Shown here: one piece after another, positions 38,851-50,872 of the stretch
How the letters are laid out: each line of letters starts with the position of its first letter
How positions within the stretch are numbered: the stretch's first letter is position 1
NCBI RefSeq assembly: GCF_963921235.1
Contig: NC_086107.1
Location: 92,568,001-92,632,000 of the forward strand
Length of the DNA stretch: 64,000 nucleotides
Direction: 5' to 3'
Origin: Mobula hypostoma
Taxonomy: Eukaryota
Made by a program: the position numbers and the translations under genes
Notes under the pieces: generated by a model
The model's input: the letters and a program-made list of their open reading frames with translations, nothing else
Told to the model about the DNA's origin: nothing
Database searches by the model: none

Positions 38851-39589
38851 TGTTGGGAGATTCCGTATACATAAGTGCTGTACATTAAGTGATCACTTTT
38901 GAAGAGCTAGAGCAACAGAGGGAATGTATTGCACAGTGCAGTGGCTTTTACTGATCTCATAACCAGATTCGGAGACTGAGCATCCACGGTCAAATCCCAT
39001 CCTGACAACTAAGACTGTTGACAAAAATTTGGAGACAGAGAGCTTGTGTCAGCAAAAGTGACTGCGGCTCCGTAAAAGTGATTATCAACTCACACTTGAG
39101 TTGTCCTCAGTGTGTTTGATAGGACACTGTCAAATACAAAAAGTCTTGTTCAAGTTAGTCTGATGTCAATGGAAAGTTCTGCGGGGAAGTCTATAACAGA
39201 GGCAAGCTCACAATGAAAGATAGGGTGAAATTTTGCTGCTAGTGCAGTGGACAGGGATGTAACAGTGACACTACCAGGTACTGGGACAGCTAATTGTGCT
39301 CAACATAATCCAGATTAATATTATCTCCCTAAACAGAAATATCACAGTAATTCATTGGCGTGACTCCTACATAGAAACTGTGGAGTTAGGGTTAGTGTCA
39401 AGAGAGCTTCACTTTCTCTATAATCCATGCCCTCTCTCTGTGCCAGAGTGTGGTCTAGGGGAGAGAGCTTTACTCCACATTATTCCTGTTTAGCAGGTGA
39501 CTGTGAGAGGACCTTAACTCTGCCTAACCCATGGTCTATGAGCGCTTGTGGAGATTAGTCATTAGTGCACAGACCTTCACCTTAATGAA

Positions 39590-40340
39590 TCAATAGGTAC
39601 ATTTAATGTCAGAGAAATGTATACAATATACATTCTGAAATTCTTTTTCTTCACAAACATCCACAAAAACAGAGGAGTGTCCCAAAGAATGAATGACAGT
39701 TAAATGTTAGAACCTCAAAACATCCCCAGCTCCCCCCTCCCACGCATAAGTAGCAGCAAAGCAATGATCCCCCACCAGCAAATAAAAAGCATTGGTGCCC
39801 CCCCCCACCAAGCACACAAGCGTGCAGCAAAGGCACAGACTTGCAGTTCCCCAAAGACTACTCGTTCACCCAGTATTCAACATACCACAGGCTCTCTCTC
39901 TCCCTAATAAGGGAAAAAGAAGTGTCCTCATTTCACAGCGAGCGGGGAGACATAACAAAATATGTCGCTTCATGTCGCTTCGTGTCGCTTCTTCCGAGCT
40001 CTGTGCCCAAAGAACTCGGGTCTCTGGGCACACAGGCAGCAGCCAGCTCGCTGCTTTCGACCTTCTGTCTCCCACGACGCACCAGTTTCCTGCAGCGGCA
40101 TCAACCTCGAGTCCGCCCGCCTCCCAGCGCCATGAAATCCCAGAATCCTGAAGGCGCGCCTGTCTTTTAGGCCACGTCCTTGGCAGATCGAATAGCGGCC
40201 GGTCGTGAGACCCCGAGAACTGATCCCCTTTCCGCAAAGAACCGAAGTCAGCATGTAACTCCAGGTCAGGGTCTTCCAAAGAACCCTGAAAGGGAAAAAT
40301 AGAGATATTAAAGATAGAAATAGAAATACAACACAATAAA
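39590..40340 (-). mobile_element. Long 3'UTR of a non-LTR retroelement, family unassigned
   Basis: CpG-retaining block with a reversed 3' end (gtatacatttctctgacattaaatgtacc) resembling LINE tails; no coding signal. Confidence 0.45.
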
Positions 40341-41265
40341 AGGAAATAGCAAACCTGAACACTGCAAATTCTAATGGATTGGGTGGGTGGAGCAATCCAT
40401 TTACAAATGGTGTACTCCTGAACTTCAGCGCAATCTTCCATCGCTATCATCAGTTCAAAGTTCATTTCCTTGCGGGCATACAATAAATCCAAGAAACATA
40501 ATAGAATCAATGGAAGACTGCATCCAAAATAATGGCCGAACAACCCATGTGCAAAAGGCAACAAACAGTGCAAATATGAAAGAAAAAAAAGAAGTAATAA
40601 ATATCAAGAAAGTGAGAGGAAGAGTCTTTGAAAGTGAGTCCATAGGTCATGGAAACAGTTCTGTGATGAAGTTATTCCCTCTGGTTCAAGAGCCCGATGG
40701 TTGATCCATTTTTCAGCCCAGTTTTCCAGTGGGTCCAAATCCCGCTGCAAGCTTTGATTGGCTTCCTTGCTGTCTACTATGCCCCAGTCTTAGTATCATC
40801 CGCAAATTTACTGATCCAGTTAACCACACTATCACCCAGGTCATTAGGGCGTACCATTTCCTCAGAAATAACTGTTCCTGGTGGTGTGGGTCCTGAGTCT
40901 CCTGCACCTTCCTTCTCATGGCCGCAGTGAGAAGAGAGCATGTCCTGGGCGGTGGGGGTCCCTGATGATGGATGCTGCTTTCCTACGACATCTGTGTCAG
41001 ATCACCAGGAGGTCCTCCCCAGTAAGCAGTTTATATGATTCTGATGCCTTCTCAAAACCCATGTTTAAGGAAATGTTTTCTCTATTGATTATCCAGAGTT
41101 TGTTGCAGATATGATTGTAGATTTTCAGTGAGATTTCAGCTGCTGTTGTTCCGTTGGTAATTACCAGTCTTCACATACTTCAGGCTGGGGACCTCAGCCA
41201 ATTATGTTGTTGACCTCAACACTTGAACTGAGTCATTGTTCCCTTAATCCTTTTAGTCAAGCATT

Positions 41266-42213
41266 GAGTCATAGTACACTTTGGCTCATCTGGTACAAAT
41301 CTGTTATCCTGCCTAGTCTCATTGACTCACACCTGGACCATAGCCCTCCCTACACCTCCCATCCATGTAACTTGTCCTAACTTCTCTTAAAGGTTGCATT
41401 CAAACCTGCATCCACCATTTCTACTGGAAGCTCATTCACCACTCACACAAACCTCTGCGTGCAGAAGCTCCCCCTTAGGATTCTCTTAAATATTTCACCT
41501 TCACCCTTAACCCATGACCTCTAGTTTTAGTCTCACCCAACCTCAAGTGGAAAAAAAAAGCCTGCTGCATTTACCCTATCTATACCCCTCATAATTTTGT
41601 GTAGGTCTGTCAATTCTCCCTTCATTTCCTACGCTGCAGGGAATAAAATCCTAACCTATTCAGCCTTTCCCTATAACTCAGGTCCTCAAGTCCTGGCAAC
41701 ATCCTTGTAAATTTCCTCTGCACGCTTTCAGTCTTTTTGATATGTTTCCTGCAGGTAGGTGACCAAAACTGCATACAATACTCCAAATTAGGCCTCACCA
41801 ACTTCTTATACAATTTCAGCATGACATTCCAACTCTTTTACTCAATATATGGTCAGTATGCAAAAGATCGCTTTACAACCCCCGCTATCTACCTTTGACA
41901 CCACTTTCAAGGAATTATGGATCTGTCTTTCCAGATCCCTCTGTTCCTCCTGCACTCTTCAGTCCCTTTCCATTCACTGTATAAGTCCTACTCTGGTTTG
42001 CCCTTCCAAAGGACCACACCTCATACTTGTCTGCATTAAATTCCATCCGCCATTTTTCAGCTCAGTTTTCCAGCTGGTCCAAATCCCGCTGCAAGCTTCG
42101 ATTGGCTTCCTTGCGGTCTACTCTGCCCCGATCTCGGCGTCATCCGCAAATTTACTGATCCAGTTAACCACATTATCACCTAGGTCACTGGCATGTACTG
42201 TTTCCTCAGAAAA
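41266..42213 (-). mobile_element. CR1 LINE 3' fragment
   Basis: Reverse ORF 41622-41822 MLKLYKKLVRPNLEYCMQFWSP; SKFADD motif at ~42140-42155. Confidence 0.88.
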
Positions 42214-43157
42214 CCTCATTCAATCCAGGTTCCACCTACAGACTCACTTTCAAGGACTTTACAGCTCACATTCTTAGTTCTGTTATTGTTTATATTTGCA
42301 CAATTTGTCTTCTTTTGTACATCAGTTGTTTGTCACTATTTATGAATAGTTTTTTATATATTCTATCGTATTTCTTTATTTTCCTGCAAACGCCGGCAAG
42401 AAAATGATTCTCAAGGTGGTATATGATGACATATATGTACTTTGACGATAAATTTACTTTGACTTTGACCCTGGATACTGTCTGTGTGGATCTTACTTGT
42501 TCTCCCTGTGAATGCGTGTTTTAATCCCAGGTGCTCCTGTTTCCTTCCACATCCCAAAGTCGTGCGAGGTCGTAAGTCAATTTGACACAGGAACTTGCCC
42601 CTAGTGGGGGTCATTGATGGGGAGTGTGTGAAGAATGCTTGACCTGGAATTATGAGGCTGATTTAATCAGCAATAGTCCTTGTCCCCAAGACAAGGATTC
42701 TGTTCCGGGGTCACTGCCTGAGACCTCCATAGACTTGGGATCAATTCTAACCTCTGGTGCTGGCCATCTGGAATTTGCATGTTCTCCCTGTGTCTGAGAG
42801 GGTCGAGAAGATTCATTTTATAGAAGAATGGAGGGCCATGTAGGAGGGAAGGGTTAGATTGATCTTAGAATAGGCTGGCACAGCAGTGTGGGCCGAATGG
42901 CCTGAAGAGCACTGTAGTGATCCATGTACTATGTTCTATATGAGAATAGAAGTGTGTAAGGGGTCAGTTGAGAAGTCAGCACGCACCTGATGGGCGAAAC
43001 GGCCTGTGTGATGTGTCTCTGAGTCGGTCAGTAGCTGGACCTCAGCTGGAGCGCGTTGATAATCCAAAGAACCGAACTGGAGGGAAGTCCACTCACAAGG
43101 TTTAGTGGGTCAAGTGATCAGTGTGGAAAGGTGAGAGAGAAGGGGATTATTCTCTTT

Positions 43158-43463
43158 GTGGCCAAGCGCGTGGCCAAGTGGTTAAGGCATTTGTCTAGTG
43201 ATCTGAAGGTCGCTAGTTCGAGCCTTGGCTGAGTCAGCGTGTTGTATCCCTGAGCAAGGCACTTAACCACACATTGCTCTGCGACGACACTGGTGCCAAG
43301 CTGTATGGGTCCTAATGCCCTTCCCTTGGACAACATCGCTGGCATGGAGAGAAGAGACTTGCAGCATGAGCAACTGCCAGTCTTCCATACAACCTTGCCA
43401 GGCCTGTGCCCTGGAAACCTTCCAAGGTGCAAATCCATGGTCTCACGAGACTAGCGGATGCCT
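43158..43463 (+). mobile_element. tRNA-derived SINE with a CORE-like domain (tail type A)
   Basis: A-box GTGGCCAAGTGGTTAAGG, B-box AGTTCGAGCC, CORE-like CCTGAGCAAGGCACTTAACC. Confidence 0.8.
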
Positions 43464-44027
43464 TTGTTAAGTTGACTAAACTTCAGAGAGAATCGGGCTT
43501 GGGTTTAATATCAGATTTAGCTGGAAGTATTGAAATTGGTAAATTGATTTATTACTGTCTCATGTACTGAGGGACAGTGAGCACTTTGTTTGTGGGCCAT
43601 CTATACCAATCATTTAACTGCAGCAGTGCATCAGTTGAAAACCTTGTCTTACATACCATTTATACAGGTCAATACCTTACAACACTGCATTGAGGTAGAA
43701 CAAGGGGAAACAAAAGAATGCAGAATGAAGTGTAACAGCTACAAAGAGAGTGCAGAGCAGGAAAAGAATAAAGTGTAGAGTACAGTGCAGGTAGACAATA
43801 AGCCACAAGGTTATAAGGATGAAGGATCAACTTTATTTGCCCTGTACATTTACATGTATTACAAATTCGCTATAGTGTGTTGGCACAACATGCCACAAAA
43901 ACATTCAACAATTATAAAGAAAAAATAATTATATCAAAATATGAAACATATAAGATTATTAAGAGCAACACACATCAAAGTTGCTGGTGAACGCAGCAGG
44001 CCAAGCAGCATCTCTAGGAAGAGGTGC

Positions 44028-44063
44028 AGTCGACGTTTCAGGCCGAGACCCTTCGTCAGGACT
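44028..44063 (-). ncRNA. Minimal type I hammerhead ribozyme, intact core
   Basis: Reverse complement AGTCCTGACGAAGGGTCTCGGCCTGAAACGTCGACT. Confidence 0.75.
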
Positions 44064-44670
44064 AACTGAAGGAAGAGTGAGTAAGGGATTTGAAAGTTGG
44101 AGGGGGAGGGGGAGATCCAAAATGATAGGAGAAGACAGGAGGGGGAGGGATGGAGCCAAGAGCTGGACAGGTGATAGGCAAAAGGGGATACGAGAGGATC
44201 ATGGGACAGGAGGTCCGGGAAGAAAGACAAGCCGGGGGGGACCCAGAGGATGGGCAAGAGGTATATTCAGAGGGACAGAGGGAGAAAAAGGAGAGTGAGA
44301 GAAAGAATGTGTGCATAAAAATAAGTAACAGATGGGGCACGAGGGGGAGGTGGGGCCTTCTCTAACTTGCGCTAATGCCCCACCTCCCCCTCGAACCCCA
44401 TCTGTTACTTATTTTTATGCACACATTCTTTCTCTCACTCTCCTTTTTCTCCCTCTGTCCCTCTGAATATACCTCTTGCCCATCCTCTGGGTACCCCCCC
44501 CGCTTGTCTTTCTTCCCGGACTTCCTGTCCCATGATCCTCTCGTATCCCCTTTTGCCAATCACCTGTCCAGCTCTTGGCTCCATCCCTCCCCCTCCTGTC
44601 TTCTCCTATCATTTTGGATCTCCCCCTCCCCCTCCAACTTTCAAATCCCTTACTCACTCTTCCTTCAGTT

Positions 44671-44706
44671 AGTCCTGACGAAGGGTCTCGGCCTGAAACG
44701 TCGACT
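44671..44706 (+). ncRNA. Minimal type I hammerhead ribozyme, intact core
   Basis: AGTCCTGACGAAGGGTCTCGGCCTGAAACGTCGACT, identical to the copies at 35042 and 44028. Confidence 0.75.
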
Positions 44707-44803
44707 GTACCTCTTCCTACAGATGCTGCTTGGCCTGCTGCGTTCACCAGCAACTTTGATGTGTGTTGCTTGAATTTCCAGCATCTGCAGAATTCCTGTT
44801 GTT

Positions 44804-45176
44804 TAAGATTATTAAGGGGTTGGACATGCTAGAGGCGGGAAACATGTTCCCGATGTTGGGGGAGTCCAGAACCAGAAGCCACAATTTGAGAATAAGGGGT
44901 AGGCCATTTAGAACGGAGTTGAGGAAAAACTTTTTCACCCAGACAGTTGTGGATCTGTGGAATGCTCTGCCTCAGAAGGCAGTGGAGGCCAATTCTCTGG
45001 ATGCTTTCAAGAAAGAGTTAGATAGAGCTTTTAAGGATAGCGGAGTGAAGGGAGATGGGGAGAAGGCGGGAACGGGGTACTGATTGTGGATGATCAGCCA
45101 TGATCACAGTGAATGGCGGTGCTGGCTTGAAGGGCCGAATGGTCTACTCCTGCACCTATTGTCTATTGTCTATTGT
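44804..45176 (+). mobile_element. CR1 LINE 3' end (host of the palindrome)
   Basis: KIIKGLDMLEAGNMFP...RKNFFTQTVVDLWNALP; (TATTGTC)n tail. Confidence 0.9.
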
Positions 45177-46085
45177 AAAATAAAGTTAAAGTACAGATAT
45201 GGAATAAAATGCACATAATAAGCATTGTAAAAAGCAGTTTAAAATGTTTACAGTGCAGAGACGGGCGTAACAGATAGAGGGGTGTGGGATAACTAGAATG
45301 GTTGATCAGATTAACTGCCGGGAGGCGGGGGGGATACTTTTAAGATGGCATGAAGATTTTGTTTTAATAGTCCTATAGTGCTTTCCAGAAGGGAGCTTTC
45401 GGACAAGGTGGAGTGTGCAGTGGGTAGTGTGACCGTCAGCGCAAGTGTCCATTCTATCGTACCAGGCGACCAATTTAATCCAGAGTACAATTTCTGACAG
45501 GGACAGAGCTCCTGGTCTCCAGAACATCCTGTTAGTCATTGAAAGAAGGCAAAACAGGAGGTAGGGTGAGAGTTATGTTCCCTGCCAAAAGCAATTCCTT
45601 AATTGCTTTTAAGAGCTCAGAAATACTGCAAGGTGAAGTTTAAAAAAATATATATATATGTACATGGGAATGTAATTAAAATACATATAAATTAAAACAG
45701 ATCTTTTTAATGTTTCCCTTCCATCACATCATCTTTAAAGTTGATAATAAATATTCCTTTAAACTTTGAACTTTTGGGTTCAGCGGAGAGGAGAAATGAT
45801 TTGTTAGAGGAGACAGAAGAGGCACCAGGCTCAGGTCCTGAACGGGAGGAGGAGGAGGGGTGGAGGAAGAGATCGGATGAATGCAACAGAAGGGCTCGCC
45901 GGAGTGAGGCAGATTAGTGCGGAGCAGCAGGCAAGAGGGGTGGGGAGTGGAATTAATAAAGCAAATGGATTAAGACATCTACCAGGTAACCTGAGGCAGT
46001 GACAGCTGAGCTCTGATACCAGACGCAGGCTGACGGCGAATGGTGCCCTCCCATGATCGTCTCAGTCTGCTGAGGGGAAGATGAA

Positions 46086-46960
46086 AGAACATAGAGCATC
46101 ACAGCACAGTGCAGGCCCTCAATCCATGATGTTGTGCCAAACCTTTAACCTATTCCAAGTCAATCTAACTATTTCCTCCCACATAACTCTCCATTTTTCT
46201 ATCATCTCTGTGCCAACCTAAGCATTTCTTATATGCTCCTAATGCATCTGCCTCTACCATCTCCCCTGGCATGTTGTTCCACTCCTGTGTAAAAAAAACT
46301 TACCTTTGACATCCCTCCTAATACCTTAATAATCTAATGTCCCCCCCATACTTTCCTCTAGTCACCTTAAAATTATGCCCCGTGGTATTAGCTGTTCCTG
46401 CTCTTGGATAAAGACTTGGGCTGTCCATCTGATCTATGCCTCTTTTCATCTTGCACACCTCTATCGTCACCTCTCATCCTCCTTCGGTCCAAAGAGAAAA
46501 GCCCTAGCTTGCTCAACCCGTCCTCATAAAACATGCTCTCTAATCCAAGGGGGCATCCTGGTAAATCTCCTCTGCACACTCTCTGGAACTTCCACCTCCT
46601 TCTTAGAATGAGAAAACACAATCTTCCACGTGAGGTCTGGCCAGAGTTTTACCTCTCTGCTCCTACGACTAATGCAGCCCAGCACACCTCAAGCCTTCTT
46701 AGCAACCCTATCAATCTGCGCGGCACCTCTGAAGGATCTATGGACGTGGACCCTCTGTCCTTTCACACTGCGAGTAATCCTGTGTTCTGCCTTTAAGTTC
46801 AACCTTTATCTCAGGATCTACAGTCCTAACCCCTCTTGGTCAATCTCCCCTGCACCCTCCCTAAAGCTTCCACATCCTTTCTGTAATGAGGTGACGAGAA
46901 CTGAACACAATATTCCACGTGTGGTCTGGCTGGAGATTTATGGAGCTGCAACATTACCTT
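46086..46960 (-). mobile_element. Stack of CR1 LINE fragments
   Basis: Reverse strand YEDGLSKLGLFSLDRRRMRGD; repeated ctgaacacaatattcca segments. Confidence 0.75.
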
Positions 46961-47239
46961 GCCAAGTTATTTCACTGAAGGGTCACAGAATGTTCCTGGT
47001 ACTGGGAGACAGAATCTTTGGCCGGGTCAGAGGACTGGTCCTCCTGATAGATCCCACTGGGAGCTGCTGCTCAGAGAGTAGCAGGTCTGTCTTGTAGATT
47101 CAAGGCCTGCTCCAGAAATCTGACTCTCTTACTTCTGGCACTGGGGAAAGTGCAGCAGCATCAAACGAGAAGTAAATTTATTATCAAGGTATAAATATAT
47201 TACCATATACAACCTTGTGATTAATTTTCTTACAATGCC

Positions 47240-47700
47240 AGCAATTGGGAGATCGGGATTCAATTCCCACTGCTGTCTGTAAGGAAGTTGCACGTTCTCC
47301 CCATGACTGCATGAGTTTCCTTTGGGTGCTCTGGGTTCCCTCCCACTGCCAAAAGACGTACAATTTGGGTTAGGAAGTCCTGGGCATGTTATGTTGGTGC
47401 CGGAATCGTGGCGACACTTACTGGCTGTCTCCAGCGCAATCTCAGATTGTGTTGGTCGTTGATGCAAATGGTGCATTTCACTGTATGTTCCCATGTACAC
47501 GTGACAAATAAAGCTCATCTAACCAATTTACAGTGGCCAGTCAACCCATCGTCCATCACGTCATTGGGATGTGGGTGGAAACCAGAGCACCTGGGGGAAA
47601 CCCACACGGTATCGGAGAGAATTTGCAAACTTCACACACCAGCAGTGCCGGAGGCTGGAATCGAACCCAGGTCTGCAAGGGCTGTGCCAGCATGCTACTC
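47240..47700. mobile_element. Tail-to-tail V-SINE pair
   Basis: A + copy at ~47240-47522 and a - copy at ~47525-47700, each with a V-domain and B-box. Confidence 0.7.
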
Positions 47701-47916
47701 CTAAAACGGTGACTACAAAGTGCTTTGGGATGCCCTGGGGAGGTGATGGGACCGGGCGAGTATGTTCAGTCAGTTCGACAGGCAGTGGGAGAGGGGAAAA
47801 AAATATTGCAACAGTGAAGATGTTCAGCTAAGAGTGTAGTCATCGAGAGCACTTTAGCTCAAAAGCAGGCCCTTCAGCCTATCTGACCCATGCCAACCCC
47901 ATTCTGCTGCTTAGTC

Positions 47917-47995
47917 CAGGGGTTTCCAATCCTTTTATACCAATGAGCCTTACCATTAACCGAGGGGTCCATGGATCACAAGTTGTGAACCCCTG
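47917..47995. mobile_element. 79-bp hAT-like MITE with an 8-bp TSD
   Basis: CAGGGGTT...AACCCCTG termini; GCTTAGTC (47909-47916) / GCCTAGTC (47996-48003). Confidence 0.8.
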
Positions 47996-48342
47996 GCCTA
48001 GTCCCATCAACCCACACCTGGACCATACCCCTCCATACCCCTCCATACCCCTTCCATTCTTGTACTTATCCAAACTTCTCTTAAATGTCGAAATCAAACC
48101 TGCATCCACTACTTCTGCTGGCAGCTCGTCCCACACTCACACCGTCATCTGAGTGAAGAAGCTCCCCCACATTTTCCCTTAAATATTTCATCTTTCACCC
48201 TTAACCTATGACCTCTAGTTCTAGTCTCACCCAACGTCAGATACTCAATCTGTACCCCTCGTAATTTTGTATACCTCTATCAAATCTGCCCGCATTCCTC
48301 TGTGCTCCAAGGAATAAAGTCCAAACATATTCAACCTTTTTT

Positions 48343-48642
48343 TGTGGCACGTGGCCAAGTAGTTGTGGCATTGGACTAGCGATCCGAAGGTCGTGAGTTC
48401 AAGCCCCAGCCGAGGCAACATGTTGTGTCTTTGAGCAAGGCACTTAACCACACAATGCTCCAGTCCACCCAGCGGAAAATGAGTACTGGCAAAATGCTAG
48501 GGTTTAACCTCGTGATAGACTGGCGTCCTATCTGGGGGGTGGGGGGTGAATCTCGTACTCTCAGTCACTTCACGCCATGGAAACCGGCATGAGCACCGGC
48601 CTGATGGGCCTATAAGGCTCAGGACGGACTTTAACTTTTAAC
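48343..48642 (+). mobile_element. tRNA-derived CORE-like SINE (tail type B)
   Basis: GTGGCCAAGTAG A-box, GAGTTCAAGCC B-box, TGAGCAAGGCACTTAACC; TSD TTCAACCTTT at 48330-48339 and 48645-48654. Confidence 0.85.
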
Positions 48643-49055
48643 TGTTCAACCTTTAACTATAAATTAAATTCAGGCAACACACTTGTAAATTTTCTCTGCA
48701 TTCTTTCAGTTTTGTGATATCTTTCCTGAATGAAAACAAAGACTTTCTGTGCCCCCCCCCGCCCCCAATCAGGCACGTAGTTGGTCAGCTGGAGGTTAGA
48801 GCGAGGGAGAACAATGCAGGAGTCTGTGACCTACCTCAATATGTATTCCAGGATGAAATCACTCAGCAGTGCGCCTGCTCCTTGATTTTGCTGAGCTCCT
48901 ATACAGCCAGCAGCTACTGTGTGTGGGGAGGGAGCGAATACTACTCTGGTAGAAGGTGCCTCAGAGGGAGGGAGACAGAGTTGGAAGCCTTGTGGCAGGT
49001 GGCAGCGGGAGCCAGAAGGATCTCATTTAAAGAAAAGCTGGTCTACAAGATCCAT

Positions 49056-49190
49056 AAAAACATGAGATTCTGCAGCTGCTGGAAATCCAGAGCGACACAC
49101 GCACAAAATACTGGAGGAACTCAGCAGGCCAGGCAGCATCCTTGGAGAGGAACGAACAGTCGATGTTTCAGCCCCGAAATGTAGACTGTC
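49056..49190 (-). mobile_element. Penelope-like pLTR fragment with a truncated hammerhead
   Basis: ctggaggaactcagcaggccaggcagcatc...cagtcgatgtttcagccccgaaatgtagactg. Confidence 0.7.
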
Positions 49191-49702
49191 GTAAGACTCA
49201 CCTTCAAGAGTGTTGACATTTATAGTGGAACGTCAATGTATACAGACAGATCCAAGATGTCTGTTAAAACATCACAGCTGTAAGTCGTCCAGATATTGGT
49301 GATCTGAGTTTGGCGAGTCCAGGGCCAAAGTCTAGAGGTCGGGCACACAGAAGATGGCGTGTCCTGAGGTCAAGGCATCCCGTCCCGTTTTTTCCTTGCT
49401 GTTGTTGTGGTGTTTGTCTTGTATTTTGGCTGCATGTTGTTCTGCTGAACATTGTGGGCGTGCTATGTTGGTACCGGAAGCGTGACGACCCTTGTGGGCT
49501 GCCCCCAGCACGTCCTCGAACTGTGCTGGTCGTTGACGCTGTGATGCATTTCACCGTATGCTTTGACGTACATGTGATAAATAAATCTAATTTTGCTGCA
49601 GGGTTGCAAACATACCAATACTTACGGGAGGTCCCAGGTGACCACCTGGAGTGGATCAATATTTAGGAGAGTGATATTAAGTCAGTATTCATGGAGCTAC
49701 GA

Positions 49703-50460
49703 GAGATTTTGCAGATACTGGGAATCCGGAATGCCACACACAGAATGCTGGAGGAACTCAGCAGGTCAGGCAGCATCTTGGAGGGAAATATACAGTCAAC
49801 GTTTCAGGCTGAGACCTTTCATCAAGGACTGGAAAGGAAGGGGGAAAATGCCAGAATAAAAGACACAAAAGATTCTGCGGATGCTGGAAATCCGGAGCAA
49901 CACACGCACAAAATGCTGGAGGAACTCAGCAGGTCAGGCAGCATCTATGGAGAGGCATTAACATTGTTTTGGGCTGAGACCTTTCATCAGGACTGGTAAG
50001 GAAGGGAGCAGAAGTCAAAATAGGGTAAAGGATGGTAAAGACTGCAAGCTGGCAGGTGATAGGTGAGACCAGGTGAAGGGGAAGGCGTGTGGAAAGGATG
50101 TGAGAAACTGGGAGGTGATAGGAGGAAGAGGAAGAAGGCTGAATAAGATGGAATCTGATTGGAGAGGACCGTGGAATGAAGGGAAGAAAGAGGGGAACAA
50201 GAGGGAAGGTGAAGGGCTGGTGAGGAGAAAGGTGTGTGGGTGGAGGAGAGGGATGAAGGATGAAGCTGGAAGGTGATAGGTGGAAGAGGTAAAGGACCAA
50301 AGAAGGAATCTGATTGGAGAGGAAATTGGATTATAGAATAAAGGGAAGGAGGTGGGGAACCAGAAGAGGGAAGGTGCAGTGATGGGCAGATTATGAGGAT
50401 AAAGGATGGGGAAGAAAATGGGGTAATAAGGCCAGAGGGATAACGGAAGACCAAGAGGCA
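49703..50460 (-). mobile_element. Tandem Penelope-like pLTRs plus a purine-rich 3'UTR
   Basis: Two direct copies (~49703-49860 and ~49862-50000) of gatgctgg...ggaggaactcagcaggtcaggcagcatc...gagacctttcatcaggactgg. Confidence 0.75.
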
Positions 50461-50469
50461 ACATTGAGG

Positions 50470-50760
50470 CTTTAAGTCTGTCCCGAGCCTTTGTGGCCCA
50501 TCAGGCCGGTGCTTATGCCAGTTTCTGTGCCGTGAAGCGACTGAGAGTAAAAGACTCCCCACCGCCGCCCCCCATAGGACTCCAGTCGATTGTGAGGTTA
50601 ACCCCCAGCATTTGCCGGTACCCATTTTCAGCTGGGTGGACTGGAGCAGTGTGTGGTTAAGTGCCTTGCTGAAAGACACAACACGCTGCCTCGGCCAAGA
50701 CTCGTACTCACGACCTTCAGATCGTGAGCCCAACGCCCTAACCACTTGGCCACGCACCAC
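50470..50760 (-). mobile_element. tRNA-derived CORE-like SINE (tail type B)
   Basis: Reverse-complement homolog of 48343-48642. Confidence 0.85.
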
Positions 50761-50872
50761 ACTAACATTGGGACTTAGTCCTCCATTAACGTGTCAATCA
50801 CGAAATGAGACCAGCACATCCACCTCCCCTCCTCCGCCTCTACACTCTTATGCTTGGGAACTTGCTGACGAT

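Larger units (their letters stand above)
43964..44803. mobile_element. Palindromic Penelope-like element insertion (inverted 3'UTR + pLTR arms) with a 13-bp TSD
   Basis: Arms 43964-44356 and 44377-44770 are near-perfect reverse complements; TAAGATTATTAAG at 43951-43963 and 44804-44816; the spacer encodes FSNLR*, matching the ORF end seen at ~58390-58410. Confidence 0.9.
47835..48730 (-). mobile_element. CR1 LINE 3' fragment hosting a MITE and a SINE
   Basis: Reverse strand WDELPAEVVDAG...FKRSLDKY and GLYSLEHRGMRADLIEVYKI. Confidence 0.8.
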
